Notes: generated from the letters alone by a model not told the origin. A stretch of DNA of 64,000 nucleotides from an uncultured Aestuariivirga sp. (GCA_964510815.1 CAZECZ010000003.1:3430-67429), one strand, 5' to 3'; shown: positions 38,973-50,207, counted from the first letter of the stretch. A program made the numbers and translations.

Positions 38973-40751
38973 ATGCACGCCTACCGTAGCCACACCTGTG
39001 GCCAGCTCCGTATCGACCATGCCGGACAGGAAACCCGCCTCTCGGGTTGGGTTCACCGGGTTCGCGACCATGGTGGTGTGCTGTTCATCGATCTCCGCGA
39101 CCACTATGGCGTGACCCAGGTCGTCGCCGACCCCGACTCGCCAGCCTTCAAGACTGCCGAGCAGGTGCGCTCCGAATGGGTCATCCGTGTCGACGGCAAG
39201 GTGCGTCCGCGCCCTGCCGGCACCGAAAACGCCGAGATGCCCACGGGCCTCGTCGAGGTCTACGCCACCGGGATCGAGGTGCTCTCCCAGGCCGCCGAAT
39301 TGCCGCTTCCGGTATTCGGCGACGTCGAATATCCTGAAGATATCCGCCTCAAATACCGCTTCCTCGATCTCCGCCGCGACCGCATCCATGCCAACATCAT
39401 GAAGCGTGGCGCCATCATCGACAGCCTGCGCCGCCGCATGAAGGACCAGGGCTTCTTCGAGTTCCAGACCCCCATCCTCACGGCCTCATCGCCGGAAGGC
39501 GCCCGCGACTTCCTGGTGCCGTCCCGCATGCACCCCGGCAAGTTCTATGCGCTGCCCCAGGCGCCGCAACAGTTCAAGCAGCTCATCATGATGTCGGGCT
39601 TCGACCGCTATTTCCAGATCGCCGCCTGCTTCCGCGACGAGGATGCCCGCGCCGACCGTTCGCCGGGCGAATTCTACCAGCTCGATATCGAGATGAGTTT
39701 CGTGACCCAAGAGGACGTGTTCAACGCCGTCGAGCCGGTGCTGCGCGGCGTGTTCGAGGAATTCGGCGGCGGGCTCCCCGTCACCCAGAAGTTCCCCCAT
39801 ATCGCCTTCAAGGATGCCATCCGCTGGTACGGTTCCGACAAGCCGGATCTTCGCAACCCCATCAAGATGCAGGCGGTCACCGAGCATTTCGCTGGGAGTG
39901 GCTTCAAGGTCTTCGCCAACATGATCGCCAGCGATCCGAAGGTCGAGGTCTGGGCTATCCCGGCGCCCAAGGGCGGCTCCCGCGCCTTCTGCGACCGGAT
40001 GAATTCCTACGCCCAACAGCAGGGCCAGCCTGGCCTGGGCTATGTGTTCTGGCGCGACGGCGAGGAGGGCGGCGCTGGCCCCATCGCCAAGAACATCGGC
40101 CCTGAGCGTACCGAAGCGATCCGCAGCCAGCTCGGCCTTGGCGTCGGCGATGCCTGCTTCTTCGTCGCCGGACGGCCGGAGAAATGCTACAAGTTCGCCG
40201 GCGATGCCAGGAACAAGGTGGGCGAGGAACTGAACCTCACCGCCAAGGACCGCTTCGAGTTCTGCTGGATCGTCGACTTCCCGATGTACGAGTGGAACGA
40301 GGACGAGAAGAAGGTCGATTTCTCTCACAACCCGTTCTCGATGCCGCAGGGTGGACTTGAGGCGCTGGAAACCAAGGACCCGCTCGACATCCTGGCCTTC
40401 CAGTACGACATCGTCTGCAACGGCGTCGAACTCTCCTCGGGCGCCATCAGAAACCACCGGCCGGAGGTGATGAAGAAGGCCTTCGAGATCGCGGGCTATC
40501 CCGAAAGCGTGCTGCTGGAGAAGTTCGGCGGCATGTACCGCGCCTTCCAATACGGCGCACCGCCCCACGGCGGCATCGCGCCCGGCGTCGACCGCATCGT
40601 CATGCTGCTGTGCAACGAGCCCAACATCCGAGAGGTGGTGCTGTTCCCCATGAACCAGCAGGCCGAAGACCTGCTGATGGGCGCCCCATCCGAAGTCTCG
40701 GCCAAGCAGCTCCGCGAACTCCACATCCGGCTCAACCTGCCGGAGGCGTGA
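38973..40751 (+). CDS. aspS: Aspartate--tRNA ligase, probably non-discriminating
   Basis: YRSHTCG, RDHGG (His typical of non-discriminating AspRS), EGARDF, FRDED, PPHGG.A.G.DR. Confidence 0.97.
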   Translation: MHAYRSHTCGQLRIDHAGQETRLSGWVHRVRDHGGVLFIDLRDHYGVTQVVADPDSPAFKTAEQVRSEWVIRVDGKVRPRPAGTENAEMPTGLVEVYATGIEVLSQAAELPLPVFGDVEYPEDIRLKYRFLDLRRDRIHANIMKRGAIIDSLRRRMKDQGFFEFQTPILTASSPEGARDFLVPSRMHPGKFYALPQAPQQFKQLIMMSGFDRYFQIAACFRDEDARADRSPGEFYQLDIEMSFVTQEDVFNAVEPVLRGVFEEFGGGLPVTQKFPHIAFKDAIRWYGSDKPDLRNPIKMQAVTEHFAGSGFKVFANMIASDPKVEVWAIPAPKGGSRAFCDRMNSYAQQQGQPGLGYVFWRDGEEGGAGPIAKNIGPERTEAIRSQLGLGVGDACFFVAGRPEKCYKFAGDARNKVGEELNLTAKDRFEFCWIVDFPMYEWNEDEKKVDFSHNPFSMPQGGLEALETKDPLDILAFQYDIVCNGVELSSGAIRNHRPEVMKKAFEIAGYPESVLLEKFGGMYRAFQYGAPPHGGIAPGVDRIVMLLCNEPNIREVVLFPMNQQAEDLLMGAPSEVSAKQLRELHIRLNLPEA

Positions 40752-40975
40752 GGCCCGTTAGCATGGGCTGAGCCTGGCTCAATCCGCCAGAAAACCCCTT
40801 GCCACCTCATCCTGCTTGATGACATCGGCATTTCGTGCCAGCTTGATCGCGAGGCGGGGAACGGCGCTTCCATGGCATGGAAGGCGCCGGCAATTGTGCG
40901 TGGCACGAGTTTTCGTCTGCGCATGCTGGTTCAGGTGAGCATGCAGCGAAGGCGGCATGCCGGAAAGGGTCTCCG

Positions 40976-43282
40976 ATGGCCGTGCTTGATGCCTCCAACT
41001 CCGAGATTTCCTTCACGTCGCTCGCCGCCTATGGATCGCTGGTCGAAGCCAGTCCCGACATCTATTCCTGGCTGACGCCGGACCCGTTTCATCAGATCAG
41101 GGCGCTGGGCACCGGCTTCACCTATTCGGGCAGCACGCCCACAGGCGGCACCGTCACCTCCGTTACCTTCGATTACCACGACAACAACCACCCTTACGGC
41201 GTCACCGACGTGACGATCACCGGTGTTTCGGTGCCGCTCACCAGTCTCGTCGATCTGACAGACCCCGCCGCCGGCGAAGCGCGGTTCTGGGATACGCTGC
41301 TGTTCGGCAACGACACCATTTTTGCGCCGCTCGCTGCCGGCGGCAAGCTGTTCGGAGATTTCGAGATCGTCACGCCGCTGGGCATCGGTTCCATCGCCAG
41401 GTCCGGCGGAAGCGATGAATTCTTTGCCTCCAACGGCACCGTCCTGCCGACCGGCTTGTCGCGCGGCGGTGTCGGCTCGCCCAATGCATTGATCGGCGAC
41501 GCAGTCAGCGCTCAGGGCGTAGCGACAGGCTCGTTTGTCTTCACGGCAACGGTCAATGGCGGCGACGACACCTTTACCGTCTCGCACAAGGCCAACTTCG
41601 TGGTGGTGGGTGATGTCCAGTTTGCCGGCACCAATTCCATCGTCAACGGCGGCGCCGATACCGTGACGAGCGCGCTCGATGTCATCTCGGCCACCCAGGG
41701 AAACCGGGGAGGCATCTATGTGGGAGACGTCGAGGTCAATCTCGGCAGCGTCTTCGGCGGTGACGATGATATCCGGGGCACCAATTTCGCCTTCACCAAT
41801 GAATTCATCATCGGCGATGTCATCGAAAGTGGCGATGTCGGCGCAGCGGCATTGCTGGTGGGCGGCAATGACCGCCTGATCGGCCGCGCCGGCCAGGAAT
41901 TCATGGCCGGCGACGTCTTCCGCATGCAGGGCGGATCGATGACGGGCGGCAATGACCGCATCTTCGGCGGTCAGGACAGCGATGTCATTTCCGGCGATGC
42001 GATGCAGTCCATCGGGCTCCAGTTCATCTTTCCCATCGGCGGCGGTCCGGGCACCCAGATCACCACGACGATCTCGCTGACGGGTAGCAACGACCGCCTC
42101 TTCGGCGACGAAGGCAATGACTGGATCGTCGGCGACCTGTGGAACGGCGACGGCATCGTCGACCCCAGCACCATCGTGGGCGGCAACGACTTCATCTCGG
42201 GCGGCGATGGCGACGACATGCTATACGGCGACATCGGAGCCGGCTACATCGCACTCCTCGACCAGGGCGGCGGCGATACGCTGGATGGCGGCCTCGGCGA
42301 CGATATCATTGATGGCCAATTGGGCACGGACACGGCCTCGTTCGCCAGCGTGGCGGCGGCAGTGGTTGTCGATCTGGCCTTGGGTACGGCCACGGGGCAG
42401 GGCAACGACGTCCTCGTTTCCATCGAAAATCTCGTCGGCTCTTCCCGCAATGATCAACTCTCCGGCGATGGCGGCAACAACACCATCGACGGCGGTGACG
42501 GCAGAGATCTCATCCGGGGGAGAGGCGGTAACGACATCCTGATCGATGGTGCCGGAATCGACAAGCTGCGCGGCGGCAGCGGCGTCGACTCGTTCCGCCT
42601 CACTGCCGATGGCGAGGCCGACAATTGCGATGGCGGCGGCGATGCCGACGTGATCGACGTCAGCGCGGCGACATCCGATGTCACCGTCACGTTCACCAGC
42701 GCCTCAGGCAACGGAACGGTCAGCGGTGGCGGCTTCGGCAACGACACCTTCAAGTCCGTGGCCGCTGTCGCCGGTTCCGACAGTGCGGCGATCGTCGACA
42801 CGGTGATTGGCGCCGGCGGCTCGCAACTGTTCTTCCTGCAGGGTGGCAATGACATTGCCTTTGGCAACGGCGGCGACGATGCCATCGCCGGTCAGGCCGG
42901 GCGCGACCGGATCGACGGCGGCAACGGCAATGACACCATGAATGGCGGCAACGGCAACGACACTTTCGTCTTCTCCACGGTGCTCAATGCCGCAAGCAAC
43001 GTCGACACCATCGAGGACTTCGCTACCGGTCACGACACGATCGAACTCTCTGCAGGGATGTTTTCGGGGCTCGCCGCAGGCATCCTGAAAGCCGCGGCCT
43101 TCGTCTCCGGTAGCGGCCTCACCGAGGCCGCCGACGCCAGCGATCGCATCATCTACGATACGTCCACCGGCGATGTCTATTTCGATGCCGATGGCACCGG
43201 CAGCGGCAGCACTGCCATCCTCTTTGCAACGCTCGCCAACCATCCCGCCGACCTGGCGGCGTCCGATTTCATGGTCGTGTGA
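40976..43282 (+). CDS. RTX / hemolysin-type calcium-binding repeat protein
   Basis: Many GGxGxDx(L/I) nonamers, SIENLVGS, C-terminal DRIIYD...DADG...ASDFMVV; no Sec signal. Confidence 0.88.
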   Translation: MAVLDASNSEISFTSLAAYGSLVEASPDIYSWLTPDPFHQIRALGTGFTYSGSTPTGGTVTSVTFDYHDNNHPYGVTDVTITGVSVPLTSLVDLTDPAAGEARFWDTLLFGNDTIFAPLAAGGKLFGDFEIVTPLGIGSIARSGGSDEFFASNGTVLPTGLSRGGVGSPNALIGDAVSAQGVATGSFVFTATVNGGDDTFTVSHKANFVVVGDVQFAGTNSIVNGGADTVTSALDVISATQGNRGGIYVGDVEVNLGSVFGGDDDIRGTNFAFTNEFIIGDVIESGDVGAAALLVGGNDRLIGRAGQEFMAGDVFRMQGGSMTGGNDRIFGGQDSDVISGDAMQSIGLQFIFPIGGGPGTQITTTISLTGSNDRLFGDEGNDWIVGDLWNGDGIVDPSTIVGGNDFISGGDGDDMLYGDIGAGYIALLDQGGGDTLDGGLGDDIIDGQLGTDTASFASVAAAVVVDLALGTATGQGNDVLVSIENLVGSSRNDQLSGDGGNNTIDGGDGRDLIRGRGGNDILIDGAGIDKLRGGSGVDSFRLTADGEADNCDGGGDADVIDVSAATSDVTVTFTSASGNGTVSGGGFGNDTFKSVAAVAGSDSAAIVDTVIGAGGSQLFFLQGGNDIAFGNGGDDAIAGQAGRDRIDGGNGNDTMNGGNGNDTFVFSTVLNAASNVDTIEDFATGHDTIELSAGMFSGLAAGILKAAAFVSGSGLTEAADASDRIIYDTSTGDVYFDADGTGSGSTAILFATLANHPADLAASDFMVV

Positions 43283-43311
43283 AAAGAGAAGGGCGGCATC
43301 ACCTGCCGCCC
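43282..43311 (-). terminator. Terminator hairpin between convergent genes
   Basis: GGGCGGCA-N5-TGCCGCCC followed on the minus strand by TTCTCTTTT. Confidence 0.6.
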
Positions 43312-43322
43312 CACACACGTCG

Positions 43323-44528
43323 TCAGTCGTTGGCCGAGACGCCCACACCCAGCCGGCTGATGATGTCGGCAGGCTTGGCGTTGCTCAGAGACATCATCTC
43401 GCCCACGGTCACCGGTGTGGCCGGCTTGGCGGCGATGGTGATCGACTTGGGGTCCTTCAGGAAACTGTTCACTGCCTTGGTCGCCTGTTCGGCCAGTGCC
43501 GGGCTCTGCAGCTGCATCAGCCCCATCTGCAGCATGGGCCCTGCCATGTTCACGAATGAGGCCTCGTCCATGCCCTGCATGGCCGCGATCATCGGCAGCA
43601 CCTTCTTGGTGATCGAATCGTCCTCGAAGCGCAGCGAGGCATCACCGATCGAGATGGACTGAACCTGCGGCATGAGTGCCGTCATGTCGGGTTCCTTGCC
43701 GCTTTCACCGGCCTGCTGCAATTCGGTGATCACCGCGATGGGCACGCCAGCCGCCGAGAAGCCGACATTGATCGTCCCCATGTTGCGGCTGGTGACGCTG
43801 AAGGTCATGTCACCACCGTAATTGTCGTTCGTCACATCCAGGCGGCCCTTGCTGGCCAGGTCGATGTTGAGCCCGGAATATCCCAGCTGCTTCAGCATGC
43901 CGGACTGATCGAGGGCAGCGAGTGCGGTCTCGGGCACGGCAATGTTGCTGACCTTCATGCTGAACGACCCGGCGCCGGTGGCCGGATCGCCATCCCAGGT
44001 CTGCTCATAGCTGTCGACCGTCACGGACTGTCCCATCATCGCCACGGTCATGGCGCCGGAAGCGATCTTGCGGGCGATGTTCATGCTGGCGCGGAGCTTC
44101 TCCTGGGGCGAAGCGTTGTCGTCCGCCGCCTTGATGTACCAGCCCTCGGCATTCATGGTCGGCACCGAGAAGGTCACAGCGACGTCTGGGCCGCTCACGT
44201 CGCCGTTGATGTTGGTGAAATCGGCGCTGCCGATTTCAAACAGGCCATTACCCTTGTCCGAGATGTTGGCGAACACCGCCTCGTCGACCCGCATGGTCAC
44301 GGACGGTTCCTTATCGTTCGACGGCTTATTGAGGGCCAGCTTGCTGATCGTGACCGTCCCCGAGCCGTCGGTATCGATGGATTCATAGGTCGGCTTGATG
44401 CTGGTCTGCCGTTCGATGTTGTCGAGCAGAGCGGCGACGGCGGGCGGAACATCCTGCGCCGAGGCCGGCAGGCTCAGCGCCGTGCCCGAAAGGCAAAGAA
44501 TGATAAGGAATTTGTGGGACAGTCGCAT
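43323..44528 (-). CDS. Hypothetical exported protein, beta-rich
   Basis: Signal peptide ending ASA; SD AAGGA; long ORF with typical codon use. Confidence 0.75.
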   Translation of the reverse strand: MRLSHKFLIILCLSGTALSLPASAQDVPPAVAALLDNIERQTSIKPTYESIDTDGSGTVTISKLALNKPSNDKEPSVTMRVDEAVFANISDKGNGLFEIGSADFTNINGDVSGPDVAVTFSVPTMNAEGWYIKAADDNASPQEKLRASMNIARKIASGAMTVAMMGQSVTVDSYEQTWDGDPATGAGSFSMKVSNIAVPETALAALDQSGMLKQLGYSGLNIDLASKGRLDVTNDNYGGDMTFSVTSRNMGTINVGFSAAGVPIAVITELQQAGESGKEPDMTALMPQVQSISIGDASLRFEDDSITKKVLPMIAAMQGMDEASFVNMAGPMLQMGLMQLQSPALAEQATKAVNSFLKDPKSITIAAKPATPVTVGEMMSLSNAKPADIISRLGVGVSAND

Positions 44529-44671
44529 GGGGGTGGTCCTTTTGAGGGGTGCGGTTGTGGACGAACGCTCCTTATAGGGCACCGAAAGGTGAATGGGCAA
44601 TGAACGGAGAATCCGTTGCTGACTCGATGCGAAATGGCTAGGGTCCCGGCCTCCGAAGGATGGGAAGGGAC

Positions 44672-45427
44672 ATGATGCGGAAAGTTTTGATGCTTGTTGC
44701 CGTTGCCGGGGCCATTGCGCTGGCGCCACCGCAGGCGGCGTATGCGGCATCCAAGCCGACGGAGCAGGAATTGCTCCTGCTCAAGAAGAAGAAGGCCGAA
44801 GCAGCACGCAAGCTGGAGGCCAAAAAGAAGCTTCTGGCCCGCAAGAAGGCAGAAGAGAAGAGGAAGGCCGCGAGCAAGCGGAGCTGCGGCGACCTGCTCG
44901 ATTGCCTCTTCGGGCGCCGCACGACGAAGGTGAGGACCGTCACCACCAGCAAGGGTGCCATCGCGGATTATGCCACGGCTGAGGCCGTGTCGTGGAAGCT
45001 GGCCAGCAAATATGCGATCGGCTCGATCGTCGTGAACACGCCCGAGCGTTCTCTCTATCTGGTGACGGGAAAAGGACAGGCCCGCCGCTACAAGGTCGGT
45101 GTCGGCCGTGAAGGCTTCCAGTGGTCCGGCAATTCCAAGATCGTCAACAAGGCCGAATGGCCGACATGGCGTCCGCCGCAGGTGATGATCGAACGCGAGG
45201 CGGCCAAGGGTCACATGTTGCCGGACGTGATGGAAGGCGGACCAGACAATCCGCTGGGCGCCCGCGCCATGTATATCGGCGGCACCATGTACCGCATTCA
45301 CGGCACCAACAATGCGGCATCGATTGGTGGTGCAGTGTCATCGGGCTGCATCCGCATGATGAACACAGACGTGATCGACCTCTATGACCGCGTGAAGATT
45401 GGCGCACGGGTCTACGTCTACCAGTGA
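44672..45427 (+). CDS. L,D-transpeptidase with Lys/Ala-rich N-terminal region
   Basis: Signal peptide; VGVGREGF, NPLGARA, RIHGT...SSGCIRM. Confidence 0.92.
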   Translation: MMRKVLMLVAVAGAIALAPPQAAYAASKPTEQELLLLKKKKAEAARKLEAKKKLLARKKAEEKRKAASKRSCGDLLDCLFGRRTTKVRTVTTSKGAIADYATAEAVSWKLASKYAIGSIVVNTPERSLYLVTGKGQARRYKVGVGREGFQWSGNSKIVNKAEWPTWRPPQVMIEREAAKGHMLPDVMEGGPDNPLGARAMYIGGTMYRIHGTNNAASIGGAVSSGCIRMMNTDVIDLYDRVKIGARVYVYQ

Positions 45428-45450
45428 CCGCAAGCTGATCTTGATGATGC

Positions 45451-45478
45451 AAGGGCCGCCCATAGGACGGCCCTTTTT
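45451..45478 (+). terminator. Rho-independent terminator
   Basis: AAGGGCCG-N9-CGGCCCTT followed by a T run. Confidence 0.7.
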
Positions 45479-45512
45479 GCATTGTCGCGAGTGAAACGGG
45501 TAGACGTTCAAA

Positions 45513-45560
45513 TGAACTGACCCCGGAGGCATGGCCATCCGGGGTCCAGTCCAGCAGTTC
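45513..45560 (-). terminator. Hairpin downstream of the H1-like gene
   Basis: GACCCCGGA-N10-TCCGGGGTC with outer GAACTG/CAGTTC. Confidence 0.45.
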
Positions 45561-45572
45561 AAGCGCCGAAGA

Positions 45573-45791
45573 TCAGATCTTCTTTGCGACCTTCTTGGCA
45601 GGCTTCTTCGCAGCCTTCTTCGCGGCCTTCTTTGCAGCCGGCTTCTTTGCGGCAGCCTTCTTCGCGGCTGGCTTCTTTGCGGCAGCCTTCTTCGCAGCCG
45701 GCTTCTTGGCGGCCTTCTTTGCAGCCGGCTTCTTGGCGGCCTTCTTGGCGGCTTTCTTTGCAGGCTTCTTTGCAGCTTTCTTCGCAGCCAT
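45573..45791 (-). CDS. Histone H1-like basic protein, 72 aa of AAKK/PAAKK repeats
   Basis: SD AGGAGAG before ATG; 16 KK units (32 Lys of 72 aa); no acidic residues. Confidence 0.8.
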   Translation of the reverse strand: MAAKKAAKKPAKKAAKKAAKKPAAKKAAKKPAAKKAAAKKPAAKKAAAKKPAAKKAAKKAAKKPAKKVAKKI

Positions 45792-46199
45792 TGCTGTCTC
45801 TCCTAGAGTGTTGGTAGTGCCCCACAACGCAGGTTTAAAGACTCACTCCGACGGCAAGGCTGGCATGTGTTACGCGCATCTGTCCGTCATTGATTTGTTT
45901 AGTGCACCCGCTTGTGTGATTCGGCAATATGCCGTCAACATATGGTATGTTGTTGAAATCCCGCTAACAATCGGTAAATGGCCTGTTCCAGCGTAAAACC
46001 GTCCGTGTGCGGATGGAATGATCTCCGGTTTCGCAAAAAGACTTAAAAACCTAGGGTTTTCGGCAGATGTCCGTGTACGGACGAGGAGCGTTTTTGGGGC
46101 TGTTTCCCAAGCCCGGAAAGTCAAGCCTCAATACTGTTGCAACAATGCAATTGTGGAAAAGATTCGCGCTCCGCAATGCTGCGAACATCTCTTGAAAGG

Positions 46200-46227
46200 C
46201 AATGGCCGGGTCGAAACCCGGCCATTG
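46200..46227 (-). terminator. Terminator-like hairpin after nrdJ
   Basis: Perfect 12-bp stem CAATGGCCGGGT-TTCG-ACCCGGCCATTG on the minus strand. Confidence 0.7.
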
Positions 46228-46255
46228 TTGAACCCTAGCTAGCCTGTCTTTCGTC

Positions 46256-49200
46256 TCACGAACACCCGCTCGTCGAGCCGCAGGTATCGCACTTGAGGCA
46301 GGTGCCGTTGCGCACCATCGTGAAGTTGCCGCACTCCGAACAGCTGTCGCCTTCATAGCCCTTCATGCGGGCTTCAGCGCGCCGCTCCGCCTTGGTCTTG
46401 GAAGCCGCATCGACATGCACGTGCAGTTCGTGATGCACATGGGTCTCGGTCTTCGGCGCATCGATCAGCGCCAGAGAGCCGATCGTCTCGGCGCGCATCT
46501 GCAAGGCCTTCACCGGCGAGGTCTCCGCGGTGGTCGACGCCGGTGCGGGAAGGGCCGCCGGCGCCATCACCACCACGTTCGACTTGGCAAGGTTCGGCTT
46601 GCGCACGAAGCCCGATGACAACACACGGGCCGCCGGAACATGTGGCCGGTCATCTTCACTGACACCCTTGCCCAGCGCGTCGAAGCCCATCTCGGAGGCC
46701 TCAACATGGGCGAGGTCGCCACGATCCAGGTAAGAGACGGCCAGCTCGCGGAACACGTAGTCGAGGATCGACGTCGCATTCTTGATCGAGTCGTTGCCCT
46801 GCACCATGCCGGCGGGCTCGAACTTGGTGAAGGTGAACGCGTCCACATACTCGTCGAGCGGCACGCCATATTGCAGGCCCACCGAGACGGCGATGGCGAA
46901 GTTGTTCATCATCGCGCGCAGTGCCGCACCTTCCTTGTGCATGTCGATGAAGATCTCGCCGAGGCGCCCGTCATCATATTCACCGGTGCGCAGATAGACC
47001 TTGTGTCCGCCCACCACCGCCTTCTGGGTATAGCCCTTGCGGCGATGCGGCAGCTTCTCGCGCTCGATGACGCGCTCGACGATCTTCTCGACGATGGTTT
47101 CGACCCGCGCCGCAGCCGGCTTGGCAACCACCGTCTCCACCAGCTCGTCGGCATCCTCCTCATCATCGGCGATGAGCTGGGCCGACAGCGGCTGCGACAG
47201 CTTCGAGCCGTCGCGGTAGAGCGCGTTGGCCTTCAGCGCCAGCTTCCAGGACAGCATGTAAGCCTTGGTGCAGTCCTCGACCGAGGCCTCGTTCGGCATG
47301 TTGATGGTCTTGGAAATGGCGCCCGAGATGAACGGCTGGCTCGCCGCCATCATGCGGATGTGGCTTTCCACCGACAGGTAGCGCTTGCCCAGCCGTCCGC
47401 AGGGGTTGGCGCAGTCGAAGACGGGCAGGTGTTCCGTCTTGAGGCCGGGAGCGCCTTCCAGCGTCATGGCACCGCAGACGTGGATGTTGGCCTTCTCGAT
47501 GTCGGCCTTGGCGAAGCCCAGGTGTGACAGGAGGTCGAAGCCATAGTCGTTGAGCTGCTCGTCCGAGATGCCCAGCGTGTGGCGGCAGAAATCCTCGCCC
47601 AGTGTCCACTTGTTGAACACGAACTTGATATCGAAGGCCGAGGCGAGGCCCGCCTCGATCTTGTCGATCTGTGCCTCGCCGAAACCCTTGGCCTTGAGTG
47701 CCGCATGGTTGAGGGCAGGGGCATCGGCCAGCGTGCCGTGGCCCACCGCATAGGCGATGATCGCTTCGATCTGCTCCTGCGTGTAGCCGAGCGTCCGCAA
47801 CGCTTCCGGCACCGCCTGGTTGATGATCTTGAAGTAGCCGCCACCCGCCAGCTTCTTGAACTTCACCAGCGCGAAGTCGGGTTCGATGCCGGTGGTATCG
47901 CAATCCATGACGAGGCCGATCGTGCCGGTCGGCGCGATCACGGTCGATTGCGCATTGCGGTAGCCATGCGCTTCGCCAAGCGATACGGCGAGGTCCCAGG
48001 CCTTGCGCGCGGCGGCGGCGAGCTCCTTGTCCTCGAGATCGCTGTCGTCGAGGGCGACCGGGGCGGTGCGCAGCGCCTCATAGCCCACGGCGGCGCCGTA
48101 AGCCGCGCGGCGATGGTTGCGCATCACGCGCAGCATGTGTTCGCGATTCTTGGCAAAGCCGGGGAAGGGGCCGAGCTCGCGCGACATTTCGGCCGAGGTC
48201 GCATAGGCAATGCCAGTCATGATCGCCGAGATGGCGCCGCAGATGGCGCGGCCCTCGTGGCTGTCATAGGGAATGCCGGCCGTCATCAGAAGCCCGCCGA
48301 TGTTGGCGAAGCCGAGACCCAGCGTGCGATACTCGTAGGACAGCCGCGCGATCTCCTTGGACGGGAATTGCGCCATCAGCACCGAGACTTCGAGCACGAT
48401 GGTCCACAGGCGTACCGCATGTTCGAAGGATTCGATCTCGAACTTGCCCGTCTCATCGTTGCGGAACTGCAGCAGGTTCAGCGACGCCAGGTTGCAGGCC
48501 GTGTCATCGAGGAACATGTACTCTGAACAGGGATTGGAGGCGCGGATCTCGCCGGACGCCGGGCAGGTGTGCCAGTCGTTGATGGTGGTGTGATACTGGA
48601 TGCCCGGATCGGCCGACGCCCAGGCCGCATATCCGATCTTGTCCCACAGCGTGGACGCCTTGATCGTCCTTGTCACCTTGCCGCTGACGCGCGAGGTGAG
48701 CCTCCAGTCGCCATCGGTTTCGACCGCGCGCAGGAATTCGTCGGTGACGCGCACCGAATTGTTGGAGTTCTGCCCTGCGACGGTACGATAGGCTTCGCCA
48801 TCCCAGTCGGTGTCATAGGTATCGAAGTCGAGCTCGTTGTACCCCTGCTTGGCAAACTGGATGACACGCTTGATGTAATTGTCGGACACCAGCGCCTTGC
48901 GGGCATCCTTCACCGCACGCTTCAGCGCCGGGTTCTTCTCGATCTCGAAGCAGTCGTTGCCGGGACCCTGGCAGTTCACGCAGGCCTTCATGACGGCCTG
49001 CAGGTGCCTCTTCACGGTCTTGGAGCCGGTGACGAGGGCGGCCACCTTCTGCTCTTCCTTCACCTTCCACTCGATGAAGTCCTCGACATCGGGGTGATCG
49101 ACGTCGACGATCACCATCTTGGCCGCGCGGCGCGTGGTGCCGCCGGACTTGATGGCGCCCGCAGCGCGATCGCCGATCTTGAGGAAGCTCATCAGGCCTG

Positions 49201-49954
49201 AAGACTTGCCGCCGCCGGCGAGCTTCTCGTTCTCGCCGCGCACATGCGAGAAGTTGGAGCCGGTGCCGGAGCCATATTTGAATAGACGTGCCTCGCGCAC
49301 CCACAGGTCCATGATGCCGCCCTCGTTGACGAGGTCGTCGCCCACCGACTGAATGAAACAGGCATGCGGCTGCGGATGCTCATAGGCCGACTTGGACTTG
49401 GTCAGCTTGCCCGTTTCGAAGTCGACATAATAGTGACCTTGGCCGGGGCCATCGATGCCATAGGCCCAGTGCAGGCCGGTGTTGAACCACTGCGGCGAGT
49501 TGGGCGCGCATTTCTGCGTCGCCAGCATGAAGCACATCTCGTCATAGAAGGCGCGGGCGTCCTCCTCGCTGTCGAAGTACTTGCCCTTCCAGCCCCAATA
49601 GGTCCAGGTCCCGGCCAGCCGGTTGAACACCTGCTTCGAATTGCGCTCGCCCGTCGTGCGCTCCTTCGCGGGCGTGTCGGCAAGGGCCTCCTCGTCGGCG
49701 GCCGAGCGCCACAGCCAGGAGGGGACAGTTTCCTCTTCGACGCGCTTCAGCGCCACCGGCACGCCAGCCTTGCGGAAATACTTCTGGGCGAGAATGTCCG
49801 TTGCCACCTGGCTCCACGCCGCCGGCACCTCGATATCCTCAAGCCTGAACACCACGGAGCCGTCCGGATTCTTGATCTCGCTGACGGCCTTGCGGAAGTC
49901 GATCTCCGCATAGGCGTCCTGTCCGGCCTTGGTGTAACGGCGTTCAATGCGCAT
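46256..49954 (-). CDS. nrdJ: Vitamin B12-dependent (class II) ribonucleotide reductase
   Basis: [36 protein letters not shown]-like region, C-terminal CSEC...CDTC. Confidence 0.96.
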   Translation of the reverse strand: MRIERRYTKAGQDAYAEIDFRKAVSEIKNPDGSVVFRLEDIEVPAAWSQVATDILAQKYFRKAGVPVALKRVEEETVPSWLWRSAADEEALADTPAKERTTGERNSKQVFNRLAGTWTYWGWKGKYFDSEEDARAFYDEMCFMLATQKCAPNSPQWFNTGLHWAYGIDGPGQGHYYVDFETGKLTKSKSAYEHPQPHACFIQSVGDDLVNEGGIMDLWVREARLFKYGSGTGSNFSHVRGENEKLAGGGKSSGLMSFLKIGDRAAGAIKSGGTTRRAAKMVIVDVDHPDVEDFIEWKVKEEQKVAALVTGSKTVKRHLQAVMKACVNCQGPGNDCFEIEKNPALKRAVKDARKALVSDNYIKRVIQFAKQGYNELDFDTYDTDWDGEAYRTVAGQNSNNSVRVTDEFLRAVETDGDWRLTSRVSGKVTRTIKASTLWDKIGYAAWASADPGIQYHTTINDWHTCPASGEIRASNPCSEYMFLDDTACNLASLNLLQFRNDETGKFEIESFEHAVRLWTIVLEVSVLMAQFPSKEIARLSYEYRTLGLGFANIGGLLMTAGIPYDSHEGRAICGAISAIMTGIAYATSAEMSRELGPFPGFAKNREHMLRVMRNHRRAAYGAAVGYEALRTAPVALDDSDLEDKELAAAARKAWDLAVSLGEAHGYRNAQSTVIAPTGTIGLVMDCDTTGIEPDFALVKFKKLAGGGYFKIINQAVPEALRTLGYTQEQIEAIIAYAVGHGTLADAPALNHAALKAKGFGEAQIDKIEAGLASAFDIKFVFNKWTLGEDFCRHTLGISDEQLNDYGFDLLSHLGFAKADIEKANIHVCGAMTLEGAPGLKTEHLPVFDCANPCGRLGKRYLSVESHIRMMAASQPFISGAISKTINMPNEASVEDCTKAYMLSWKLALKANALYRDGSKLSQPLSAQLIADDEEDADELVETVVAKPAAARVETIVEKIVERVIEREKLPHRRKGYTQKAVVGGHKVYLRTGEYDDGRLGEIFIDMHKEGAALRAMMNNFAIAVSVGLQYGVPLDEYVDAFTFTKFEPAGMVQGNDSIKNATSILDYVFRELAVSYLDRGDLAHVEASEMGFDALGKGVSEDDRPHVPAARVLSSGFVRKPNLAKSNVVVMAPAALPAPASTTAETSPVKALQMRAETIGSLALIDAPKTETHVHHELHVHVDAASKTKAERRAEARMKGYEGDSCSECGNFTMVRNGTCLKCDTCGSTSGCS

Positions 49955-50207
49955 CTTTTATTGTCCCTCTGTCCTATCGTTGCCGCGGGCACGCAAAATG
50001 CTCACCCGCGGTGCTTCGTCCACCCGCGTTCGACGGCACAAACCCTGTTTCCCGGACGACGGTCCGGGTGAAAGACGGCTTCTGATTTTGAGTTCCAACT
50101 CGTCGGAGAGAGGCAACCCCTTGCCTGATCTCCACCCCTCAGCCTTGTTTTCAAGATAGTACGTCGTGACCGGCGCCGTCAATGACTAGTGTGTTAACGA
50201 AACCCTA

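Noticed and set aside
45559..45996. Alternative frames over the AAKK gene (Cys/Glu-rich 45559-45825; Phe/Ala-rich 45595-45996)
   Set aside because: These are by-products of the repeat; the SD and ATG support only the Lys/Ala frame.
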